DNA from: Candidatus Woesearchaeota archaeon
GTDB lineage: Archaea; Nanobdellota; Nanobdellia; SCGC-AAA011-G17; JAGVZF01
NCBI GenBank assembly: GCA_018302785.1
Contig: JAGVZF010000013.1
Coordinates: forward strand, 10,787 to 74,786
Length of the DNA stretch: 64,000 bases
Direction: 5' to 3'
Shown here: in pieces, positions 8,736-16,831 of the stretch
Numbering within the stretch: the first letter of the stretch is position 1
Layout: every line of letters starts with the position of its first letter
Notes under the pieces: generated by a model
The model's database searches: none
Seen by the model: only the letters and a program-made list of their open reading frames with translations
What the model was told of the DNA's origin: nothing
Program-made: the position numbers and the translations under genes

Positions 8736-9134
8736 ATGTCAAATAAAATGTTGGCAATAATAATCTTAATTGTTTTAGTGGGCGGAGCATTATTTGCATC
8801 TTTTCAATTCAAAGGAAGCAAAAACAATGATTATAATGATTTATTTAGCTTTAATAGAATAGCTGATGGAGATGAAGTTACCATAACCCTACAACCACAA
8901 AGTTATAGCAACGGAAAATTTAATGTTGAATTCTCAATTAATACCCATAGTGTAGAACTATCTCAGTTTAACCTAAAAGAAATTGTAACTTTAGAATATG
9001 ATGGAAAATCATTTAAACCATTTTCTGCTCCTGAATTAAGTGGGCACCATAGCTCAGGAATTTTTACTTTTGAAGTTGACAAAAAACCATTAAACTATGA
9101 ATTTAAAGTAGAAGGATTTAAAATCTTGGTTTAG
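8736..9134 (+). CDS. Membrane-anchored extracytoplasmic protein of unknown function (His pair SGHHSSG)
   Basis: N-terminal TM followed by a beta-rich sequence. Context only. Confidence 0.4.
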   Translation: MSNKMLAIIILIVLVGGALFASFQFKGSKNNDYNDLFSFNRIADGDEVTITLQPQSYSNGKFNVEFSINTHSVELSQFNLKEIVTLEYDGKSFKPFSAPELSGHHSSGIFTFEVDKKPLNYEFKVEGFKILV

Positions 9135-9135
9135 A

Positions 9136-9462
9136 ATGATATTTTATGTAATTACTTCAATATTTGTACTGTTTTTTATATTTGCTTTAATTAAAGATTT
9201 TATTTATAAGGTAACAAAAATAAAAGTTTGTGCAATATGTGCTGCAGTAAGTTTAACTTGGATATTTTTAATTATACTAAGCTTAATTGGATACAATATT
9301 GATAAACTAATAATAGGAATTTTAATGGGTCAGTCGATTGTTGGTATTATGTACTATTTAGAAAAAAAACTAAAAAATAAGTTATTCCTATCATTATCAA
9401 AACTGTTTACTATTGTAATTGGCACATTAATTGTTTATTCAATATTAAGATGGCTACCATGA
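9136..9462 (+). CDS. Small membrane protein with an intramembrane CxxC (KVCAICAAVSLTW)
   Basis: ORF track; 3-4 TM. Confidence 0.4.
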   Translation: MIFYVITSIFVLFFIFALIKDFIYKVTKIKVCAICAAVSLTWIFLIILSLIGYNIDKLIIGILMGQSIVGIMYYLEKKLKNKLFLSLSKLFTIVIGTLIVYSILRWLP

Positions 9463-9539
9463 GGAAAAATATTATTAGAAAGTCAAGGAAAAAGAAGCTA
9501 ATGGATCGGTTAAAGAAAAAACTAGAAAACTGTTGTTAA
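9459..9539 (+). CDS. Possible 26-aa basic peptide ending in Cys-Cys (MRKNIIRKSRKKKLMDRLKKKLENCC)
   Basis: Own translation. Its ATG overlaps the upstream stop (ATGA). It may not be expressed. Confidence 0.25.
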   Translation: MRKNIIRKSRKKKLMDRLKKKLENCC

Positions 9540-9544
9540 CTATT

Positions 9545-10171
9545 ATGTTATCTAAAACTAAAGCTGTTGTACATAGGTATAATAGATTAGCAGCTAACTA
9601 CGATGAGCGGTGGCGAGGATATTTAGATTCGACCCTTTCTAAAGCTCTTGAGATTATTGGACCTTGTCTAGATGATATTATACTAGACGCGGGGGGAGGA
9701 ACTGGTTTGCTGCCTGACTTGATGTTAAGAAATAATTGCAGATTTAGGCAATATGTTATTGCAGATTTATCTCCAAAAATGTTACAAAGGGCTGTCAAAA
9801 CACACAAAGGTGACAATAATATTAGTTATACTCTATGTGATTCACACAAACTACCTTTTCTGTCTGGATCATTTACAACAGTTGTTTCTAACAGCTCACT
9901 GCATTATCATCAAAATCTTGAGCAATCATTGTCAGAATTTTATAGAGTTCTACAACCATCAGGAAAATTAATTATTGTTGACTGGTGTAATGATCCGCTT
10001 TATTTCAAACTAATAACCAGAACACTCAATTTAACAAGCATGCCCTACCTTAGGCCAATTTCAAGTAAAGACTTAAGTGCAGCCCTTAATGCAACCGGAT
10101 TTAAAGTTGAGCATCTTGAAAAATGGTATTTTGGTATCTTCCCTCTAATGATATTAAAAACTATTAAATAA
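9545..10171 (+). CDS. Class I SAM-dependent methyltransferase (Methyltransf_11-like)
   Basis: Motif I ILDAGGGTGLL, VVSNSSLHY, and LQPSGKLIIVD. Trimmed to the first ATG. Confidence 0.75.
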   Translation: MLSKTKAVVHRYNRLAANYDERWRGYLDSTLSKALEIIGPCLDDIILDAGGGTGLLPDLMLRNNCRFRQYVIADLSPKMLQRAVKTHKGDNNISYTLCDSHKLPFLSGSFTTVVSNSSLHYHQNLEQSLSEFYRVLQPSGKLIIVDWCNDPLYFKLITRTLNLTSMPYLRPISSKDLSAALNATGFKVEHLEKWYFGIFPLMILKTIK

Positions 10172-10230
10172 CCCGAAATAAGCATTATTGTATATAAATT
10201 AATTTAAATAAATTTCTTAGTGCCAATTGA

Positions 10231-10620
10231 ATGACTGAGTTAGTTTACTGTGCTACACCATCGAGATTGAGTAATCTTACTGAAACAATTGTTGACTACG
10301 TTGCTAAAGAAGGTTACGCTCCCCTCCATCCCTTTTTGGCTATGCCATATAAATATTTTGAAGGGGGTATAGTTGGTAGAAACAAAACAATAGAGTATTG
10401 TTTTAGATTAGTAGACATTTGCCCTCACTTTTGGTTATTTGGAATATCGGAAGGTACACTTGAGGAATTAAGTCGTGCACAATCAAGTGACAAGATATTT
10501 AGATTTCCATTTTTGCATTTTGACCCAGAATGGAATGAGTTTTATCAGAATCTTGCCTCAAAGTATGGTGATCCATTAGCGAATCTATTTCCGATTCAGA
10601 GATTAACTAAGCAGAACTAG
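10231..10620 (+). CDS. Hypothetical protein, possibly with a nucleoside 2-deoxyribosyltransferase-like (DUF4406-like) fold
   Basis: LVYCATPSR...AKEGYAPLHPF and DICPHFWLFGISEGTLEELSRA resemble the iYiAGP / cD.v..l.gw..S.G...E pattern. Weak, from memory. Confidence 0.3.
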   Translation: MTELVYCATPSRLSNLTETIVDYVAKEGYAPLHPFLAMPYKYFEGGIVGRNKTIEYCFRLVDICPHFWLFGISEGTLEELSRAQSSDKIFRFPFLHFDPEWNEFYQNLASKYGDPLANLFPIQRLTKQN

Positions 10621-13000
10621 CATCCTTAAAAAAATGAAATATATTTTCTCCACTTGTTCTTTTTGCTGCTAATCTGTCACAAATCATTCTATGTTCGGTA
10701 TAACATTTTTTGCAATTACCCTTTTCCTCTTGCATACTTTTGTATCTTATATAATAATTAGGATCTTCTTTAAGAACTTCTTTTTCTGTAGCTATTTTAC
10801 AAACCAATTGAGGCATTATCATATGCATAGGATCATCTGAATCAAATAAAGTAATAGGAGAAAATCTTTGTGGTCTATATATTGAATGTGGTATTGTAAT
10901 TACTCTTTTGGTGTAGAATGCATTCTTATTCAATACAGTATAAATATTGTGAATTTCTATGTTCAATTCACTTTCGACAATTTGTTTTAGAAGCCATCCA
11001 TAAAAAAATGTTTGTTGTAAATATTTGTGTTCAATATATGGTTTTACACTATTAGTTTTTGTATCAATTATTACAATATCATAATTACTGTCATCTCTCT
11101 TTAAAAATAGATACGCATCAGGATGCATAGAAACTGAAAAACTAACTCCATCAATATTTAAGCTCCAAGAGAAAGGTGTTTCTGTGTAAAGATTCGAAGG
11201 TTTTGGTTCTAAGCCTGCTCTAGTTAATGTATCATAATGAACTAATCCTTCTAAGGGTGAACTTGACAATCTATGTATAGCTGTTCCTCTGATTTGCGCA
11301 GAAGACTCTAAGGTAGTTTTATCAGCAAATCTGAACAACTCTTCTAAGGTTTCAGAAGATGCATATTGAATTTGTTCTCTTACCAAACTCTTTGCAACAC
11401 TTTCAGACAAACCGCTAATTAGTTTTTCTAATGTACATCCTACATCTAATACACCACTCTGTTGAAACCTTTCCAAAGATCTAGTATCAACTTTTCCTCC
11501 TGTTGGCAGTCCTAATTCAGAACCCCTAAAATCTGCTTTTTCTTCCTTGATAGCACGCATGTTAAAAAATCCAGAAATCATATCTGAAGTTACAATTCTC
11601 TTACCGTCTAATTCTACAAACCATCTTCTATTAGACTTATCTAACGCTCTTAAACCATGATAAATTGATGCATCAGTCTTTAATAACTCTACAATCCTTG
11701 GTTCAATTCTGCAAAAACCTATCCTATGCACATAAGAAAAATCTCTTAAAATAGAAATCTCTCTTTCAGATAAAATTTCATCAGCTAAGTCTTGCAAATT
11801 AGGATGTTTATCTCCCAAATTTTCTTCAACTAATAAGAATGGGTATTTCCCACTAGAATCATATCTAACTATTTCTTGAATTTTAGGTCTAGTTAAACTA
11901 ACAGTTCTTCTTGAGTATTGATTGCTCCAAGTCATATACATATTATCAAATAAACCTATTAACCTAGCCATGGCAGTCGGATGACAGATTCCTAAAAAAG
12001 GCATTCTCTCAGGAGTATTAGCCATTATACCATGGTCCCCACCAACAAAATGAAATCTTAGTGGTTTTCCACTATAATATGCTGAATCATTAACTATTCT
12101 AGCACTATCTGATGTTTTCTCCATATATAAGGGAATTCCATTTAAATCATAGTTTCTTAAGGTTTTTACCACAAAGGGAAATAGCTGATCTAAAACCCAT
12201 GCAAATTTTAAAGCCATAATTTGATTATTACAATGTATTTCATATCTTTTCAATTCCAATGACCTTTGAAAATCAAATATTCTATCGTGGTTATCCTCTG
12301 GCATTAATAATTCTGGAGAAGATTGAAGTGCACTTCTGAATCTTTCAAAAGAAAACATATTAGGATCAAATCTTGAATTACCTTGTTTGGGGGATGTATC
12401 TTCAAATTTAGCTAATGTACCAAAACCAATTCCATCTATTTCAGCATCAATTTCTCTCTCAATTCTTTCTCTTAATATATGTTCAAGTCCAAAATTTCCA
12501 CCCTGTTGCAAAATTCTTTGAATATAAGTAACAGGTTGAACATAAAATAACAAAAATTGATCTAAAAACTCTATTGGAAACCTTTCGTTTATCTGTTCAA
12601 TAAATAATGTTGAAAAAAGATGCAAATTAGAAAATGGATCAATTCCTTCTTTTCTTCCGTTAATAAGACTCGTAGCAGTTAAACCATTAATTAAAATCGG
12701 AAGTTTATCTCTAAATAAATTTTCATCAATGGACAATTCCCTAACAAGTAAATCTTCATGCATTAGATATTTTTTCATCCTTCCAGTTTTTCTTGGGTTA
12801 GCAGATTCACCAAAAGCATTGTCTAAAATATTAACTAAACTTAAACCTGTACCACTTGGGCCAAGAATAAAATTTCGTTTTTTAATTGCACTTGCTAATT
12901 TAACAGAATCATCTAATTCTTTTTTCGCCAAAAATGGTCTACATATTTCTATTAGACTATATAATCTTTTTATCGAAAAAATAGTATCTACTTCTGCCAT
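10607..13000 (-). CDS. 797-aa protein: unknown about-520-aa N-terminal region with a degenerate P-loop, plus a C-terminal Cas4/AddB-like PD-(D/E)xK nuclease with a 4-Cys cluster
   Basis: Residues 572-667: GTAIH, HPD(628)AY, IID(646)TK(648)T, and QQTFFY (QxxxY). Cys522 plus C763-x2-C766-x7-C774, as in Fe-S RecB-family nucleases. The N-terminal ILGPSGTGLS is Walker-A-like with Lys replaced by Leu. Confidence 0.6.
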   Translation of the reverse strand: MAEVDTIFSIKRLYSLIEICRPFLAKKELDDSVKLASAIKKRNFILGPSGTGLSLVNILDNAFGESANPRKTGRMKKYLMHEDLLVRELSIDENLFRDKLPILINGLTATSLINGRKEGIDPFSNLHLFSTLFIEQINERFPIEFLDQFLLFYVQPVTYIQRILQQGGNFGLEHILRERIEREIDAEIDGIGFGTLAKFEDTSPKQGNSRFDPNMFSFERFRSALQSSPELLMPEDNHDRIFDFQRSLELKRYEIHCNNQIMALKFAWVLDQLFPFVVKTLRNYDLNGIPLYMEKTSDSARIVNDSAYYSGKPLRFHFVGGDHGIMANTPERMPFLGICHPTAMARLIGLFDNMYMTWSNQYSRRTVSLTRPKIQEIVRYDSSGKYPFLLVEENLGDKHPNLQDLADEILSEREISILRDFSYVHRIGFCRIEPRIVELLKTDASIYHGLRALDKSNRRWFVELDGKRIVTSDMISGFFNMRAIKEEKADFRGSELGLPTGGKVDTRSLERFQQSGVLDVGCTLEKLISGLSESVAKSLVREQIQYASSETLEELFRFADKTTLESSAQIRGTAIHRLSSSPLEGLVHYDTLTRAGLEPKPSNLYTETPFSWSLNIDGVSFSVSMHPDAYLFLKRDDSNYDIVIIDTKTNSVKPYIEHKYLQQTFFYGWLLKQIVESELNIEIHNIYTVLNKNAFYTKRVITIPHSIYRPQRFSPITLFDSDDPMHMIMPQLVCKIATEKEVLKEDPNYYIRYKSMQEEKGNCKKCYTEHRMICDRLAAKRTSGENIFHFFKDASSA

Positions 13001-13053
13001 AAAGTAAGTCTAAGAAATAAGTTTAAAAATTTATTTCAATTACAATATTCATA
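13001..13053. promoter_or_regulatory. 53-bp divergent intergenic region shared by the nuclease gene and the PolB-like gene
   Basis: AT-rich, with the TATA-like element TTTAAAAATTTATTT. Position only. Confidence 0.35.
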
Positions 13054-15705
13054 ATGAAAACAGACTTTGTCACTTTATTTCAGCAACCATCATCAAAAAT
13101 TCAGAAACTTAAGGCAGGTATAGACGTAACAGTTTGGGAATATGATGAAACTACTGGAATTAGTAATCCACATGTTCGCAGATTAACTTTAGAACAAAGA
13201 GTTCCGACAAGTTTATCAAGAAATCCTGATTTACAAACTTTAACAGAATCTACTGAAAAATATAAAACTGCATTAATAGATATTTATAAAACTAAACTTG
13301 ATAGAATAAATGAACAAATCAAGTCTGCTCGACCTGGAACAAAGCTGAGAGCAAAACTTGACGAAGAAAAGATTATTATCGAAGAATTCTTATCCAACAT
13401 AAACAGATTAATAAGATTAGAAGGACCTTTTTCCAATGGAAATTATCAAGCTTTCCATTTAGTTTCACCATTTATTGAGCATCAGCTATCAGACATATTT
13501 TTATGTTCAGAGTTTGTAAAAAATAGATATTTAAATAATACACGTCAGACTGCCATCGCACTTAATTTTCCATTTGGCATTATTAATGAAAGTAATGAAC
13601 CTACAGGTGCAAGAATTTCATTAGAAACTTTATTAGAAGCAAAATCTCTGGCTATTGATTTCGAAACTCATAATTGGAGATCAATACAGATAAAAGATGA
13701 GCTTCGGAGAGAGCCTTTAGAATTATTAAGAAAAAGATTCTTAGAACTAGTTTCTCAACATAACATTTCCTTTGATTCAAGAAGATTAGAATGGATGGAT
13801 ATAGAAGACTATGTTAAAGAAATTTCAGATTTAATAAATTTAACTAAAGATGAAAGAATTACTGTTGCTGCACTTATTAACCTGAGAGACAATGAAAATT
13901 ATGTTGTTACAACTTTTAATCCAGATCATGATTCAATAATGGTCAGGATTCCTGGACGTATTGAGGACAGAGAAGTAAGAATTGTTAAGGCATCAAATCA
14001 GTTCTCTCTAATACAAAAAGTAAATAGATTAATTCAACAAATAAATCCCCTTTTTATGTATGGCCATAATCAGATGGGGTTTGATTACCAAACTGCAGAA
14101 AGACTTACGAGAAATTTTAGAGCCGGAGTTAATGAAAAAAAACCACTGCAAAAAGCACAAGCTGCAGCAGGATTTATCACTCAAAGAATTCTACCTGGTA
14201 GAATAGATATTGATCCTTCTTTATATGCATTAAATTACTTAGATTGTTATAATAATAGACTTGACACTGTTTTTGAGAATGTAATTGGAATAAAATCTGC
14301 CAAGTCTCTCACTCAAGAGCAATTAGAAATTAAAACCAGAAACGCAGAAGCTGGAAATCAACATGATATTGATGATGTATTGTCATATTCAGCTCAAGAT
14401 GCCATGAAGTCCTTTTTACTAGGAGAAAGATTAAAACTGGAACACCTAATTCTCAGCACAATTCACTATAGTTTACCAGCTAGAATTGATTCTACTGGTA
14501 GAAAAACAATAGGTGAGGATTATTGGGTGAACTGGTGGTATAAACATAAAAAAACATTTCCCTCAAGAGAAATAATTAAATCTGTTGCTACCATAACAAC
14601 TAATGGAGAAGATAGACAAGTAAGGTACGAAGAGTTTAGACCAATAGATATTTTACAAAGTGAACTTAAGAGAATACCTGTACAAAAAGGAATTCATGAA
14701 GGGAAGCTTATTGCAGTGTTTCCATTTGCAGATGCATTTAATCAATTACTCTCTAGAGATCCAAATGTTGATTCCTTATATAAAAGGTTACAAGAAACTA
14801 GTGACCCCAAAGAAAAAATTAGAATCTTGAAATCAATAGATTCTTTACTTGAATATCCATTATTTATGCTTCTTGATAAAGCTACATCTGAAACAAAATT
14901 TGCTGCTTCATTTATGCTTGGATTTTCAGGATTAGAAAAAGAGAAATACCTAAGAATTACAGATAAAAATCTAGAAATGATAATCCATTTAGCCCAACCA
15001 GCACAAATAATTAATAGTTGTAGAGAATATTTGGTGCTGCAACCATCAGTAGATTTACAAATTCTAAATCAACTAACACAAAGTAATATAGCAATATATT
15101 TAGGAGATGGAAGATTTTTGTCAGGGTCAAGAGGAAGATATGCAGGAATTATAAATGATGAATTTATAATGTTTGGTATAGCAGACTTCCATTCAAACAA
15201 GGGATTTAGATGTGACTTTGAACGAAATTTCTATGAGTATTTTTTAAGACAAACTCTAATTAGCGGTGATCCAAAATCTGCTTTACTTTACTTAGTAGGC
15301 AGAGCTAAACAACTATCTCAAGGAACTATAAGTCAAGATGAGTTAAAATTTGATAGAACTGCTAGAAGAGACCATACTGATTATTCGGCTCAGGCAAGAC
15401 AAAGTTACATTAGAGACATGGCAGAACAAAAAACCAAAAAAGGAGATATTGTAAGGCCAAGAAGGACAGTTCAAGAACTTCAATATAAATTCTTTGGTAT
15501 TACTCCTAAAGCAGAAGATCAATATGGTTTATTTGAGGATACTTCAACAATAACTGCAGAAACTACTAAAGTTGGGACCATTTCTGAAGTAGTAGAATGG
15601 TTATTTATACCTAAAACAATTAAGGAAGTAAGACCAATTTTGGAGAAATTATACCATGGCAAAGGTAGAGTAGAAGACGTTGATGCTATATTAAGCCACA
15701 CCTAG
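13054..15705 (+). CDS. Family-B DNA polymerase homolog with intact DEDDy 3'-5' exonuclease motifs but substituted polymerase catalytic motifs
   Basis: ExoI LAID(202)FE(204)T, ExoII GHN(339)QMGFD(344)Y, ExoIII Y(445)SAQD(449). The motif A position reads AVFPFADAFNQ (canonical lDFxSLYPS). Motif C reads IYLGDGRF (canonical YGDTDS). A downstream KGFRCDFERNFYEYFL resembles the PolB thumb-proximal region. Confidence 0.65.
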   Translation: MKTDFVTLFQQPSSKIQKLKAGIDVTVWEYDETTGISNPHVRRLTLEQRVPTSLSRNPDLQTLTESTEKYKTALIDIYKTKLDRINEQIKSARPGTKLRAKLDEEKIIIEEFLSNINRLIRLEGPFSNGNYQAFHLVSPFIEHQLSDIFLCSEFVKNRYLNNTRQTAIALNFPFGIINESNEPTGARISLETLLEAKSLAIDFETHNWRSIQIKDELRREPLELLRKRFLELVSQHNISFDSRRLEWMDIEDYVKEISDLINLTKDERITVAALINLRDNENYVVTTFNPDHDSIMVRIPGRIEDREVRIVKASNQFSLIQKVNRLIQQINPLFMYGHNQMGFDYQTAERLTRNFRAGVNEKKPLQKAQAAAGFITQRILPGRIDIDPSLYALNYLDCYNNRLDTVFENVIGIKSAKSLTQEQLEIKTRNAEAGNQHDIDDVLSYSAQDAMKSFLLGERLKLEHLILSTIHYSLPARIDSTGRKTIGEDYWVNWWYKHKKTFPSREIIKSVATITTNGEDRQVRYEEFRPIDILQSELKRIPVQKGIHEGKLIAVFPFADAFNQLLSRDPNVDSLYKRLQETSDPKEKIRILKSIDSLLEYPLFMLLDKATSETKFAASFMLGFSGLEKEKYLRITDKNLEMIIHLAQPAQIINSCREYLVLQPSVDLQILNQLTQSNIAIYLGDGRFLSGSRGRYAGIINDEFIMFGIADFHSNKGFRCDFERNFYEYFLRQTLISGDPKSALLYLVGRAKQLSQGTISQDELKFDRTARRDHTDYSAQARQSYIRDMAEQKTKKGDIVRPRRTVQELQYKFFGITPKAEDQYGLFEDTSTITAETTKVGTISEVVEWLFIPKTIKEVRPILEKLYHGKGRVEDVDAILSHT

Positions 15706-15780
15706 CCCAGCAATAATTTTATAATCTTTGCTGTAATCTAAATTGAATAGTAAATATAAAATGTATATACAAATACTAAA

Positions 15781-16788
15781 ATGACATCTATTCTAGGTAT
15801 TCAAACAGATGCGGAAGATGATGAAGTTGTTATGTTGGCCGCAGACACCCAAGTAACTCTATATTCGGGTCCTAATTATAGTGAAGAAAAAGATCCTTAC
15901 CCACAATCTAAGGTTAGGGAAGTAAATGAGTCTACAGTAATTGCAATGTGTGGCACTTACGACAGATATGTTGAAAATCTTTTCACTTATTTAAGGGATA
16001 AAGATTATAGAAAATTTCTGTCAACCTTACATGATAGAAAAACAATACCAGAATTGGATAATATCTCAAATCAACTAAGGTATTTGAAAAGAGACGTACG
16101 CAGGAGATTAAGAGAACTTCTAGAAAGTAGAAGTCAGCCTACATCAGAGTTGGAAGAATTTGTGATCCAATTAACAAAAGGTCAACCTGAAACTAAATCA
16201 GCACTAGATTTATTTATTACAGGCTTAATACAAAATATTCTAACACCCCCAGACCCTATACAAGAAGCACTTAGAAGCAGCGTATTCTATGAGGCTGCTG
16301 ATTTAAACAGACACTTCACAAGAAGAAATAGAGAAAAGGAAGAAGAAATTGGGTTAGATGACTATACAGAATTTGCAATCGCCACAAATTCTCCACTTGG
16401 GTTAAACACTGTAGATCTATTCGGTGGAATAAAGAAATTACAAATCGGATCTGGCGATATAGATTATATTAGTATGGGAAGTGGCTCTGAATTTTTGGAC
16501 CAATACTTAAGACAGGGTACTTATAGGGATGATCCAGAACTAAAAGAATATTCCCCAGAGTTTCACACAAATTTTAGAATTGATTCTATCTCATCTAGAT
16601 GCGCCTATGAACTTGCTTATGGAGCTATGATGTATGCAACAAAAAGAGATCAACATAGTGGTGGAGTTATTGAAATCGTGACACTTCGCCCAAATATTAT
16701 AATCCCCCATAAAGTTACGATCAAGAAAGCAATTCGTGAAGCAGAGAAGGCAGCTGTAAGATCTGAGGCGGCAAAATTGTCTTACTAA
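15781..16788 (+). CDS. Proteasome-beta/HslV-like Ntn-hydrolase without a propeptide and with an about-100-aa helical insertion
   Basis: MTSILGI..VVMLAADTQVT (Thr directly after Met, the aaDt motif), SKVREV..VIAMCGTYD (Lys33-like), YISMGSGSEFL (GSGS), and ATKRDQHSGGVIEIVTL. Confidence 0.6.
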   Translation: MTSILGIQTDAEDDEVVMLAADTQVTLYSGPNYSEEKDPYPQSKVREVNESTVIAMCGTYDRYVENLFTYLRDKDYRKFLSTLHDRKTIPELDNISNQLRYLKRDVRRRLRELLESRSQPTSELEEFVIQLTKGQPETKSALDLFITGLIQNILTPPDPIQEALRSSVFYEAADLNRHFTRRNREKEEEIGLDDYTEFAIATNSPLGLNTVDLFGGIKKLQIGSGDIDYISMGSGSEFLDQYLRQGTYRDDPELKEYSPEFHTNFRIDSISSRCAYELAYGAMMYATKRDQHSGGVIEIVTLRPNIIIPHKVTIKKAIREAEKAAVRSEAAKLSY

Positions 16789-16831
16789 AATCGACCACAA
16801 CCTTTTTAAATCTTAGTTATAGCTTAAAGTT

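Noticed and set aside
13054-15705. Casposon, pipolin or polinton-like self-replicating element built around the PolB homolog
   Set aside because: No Cas1, integrase, terminal inverted repeats, terminal-protein region or capsid/packaging genes are nearby, and the polymerase catalytic motifs appear destroyed. A functional self-synthesising element is therefore unlikely, though an ancient remnant cannot be excluded.
9533-16831. Calling the block a bona fide genomic island with defined borders
   Set aside because: The compositional difference is judged by eye only. Conserved core genes in this window (r-proteins, RNR) are also GC-richer than the membrane and surface genes, and no integrase, flanking tRNA or direct repeats were seen. 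It is reported as an impression inside the findings rather than as a mobile element.
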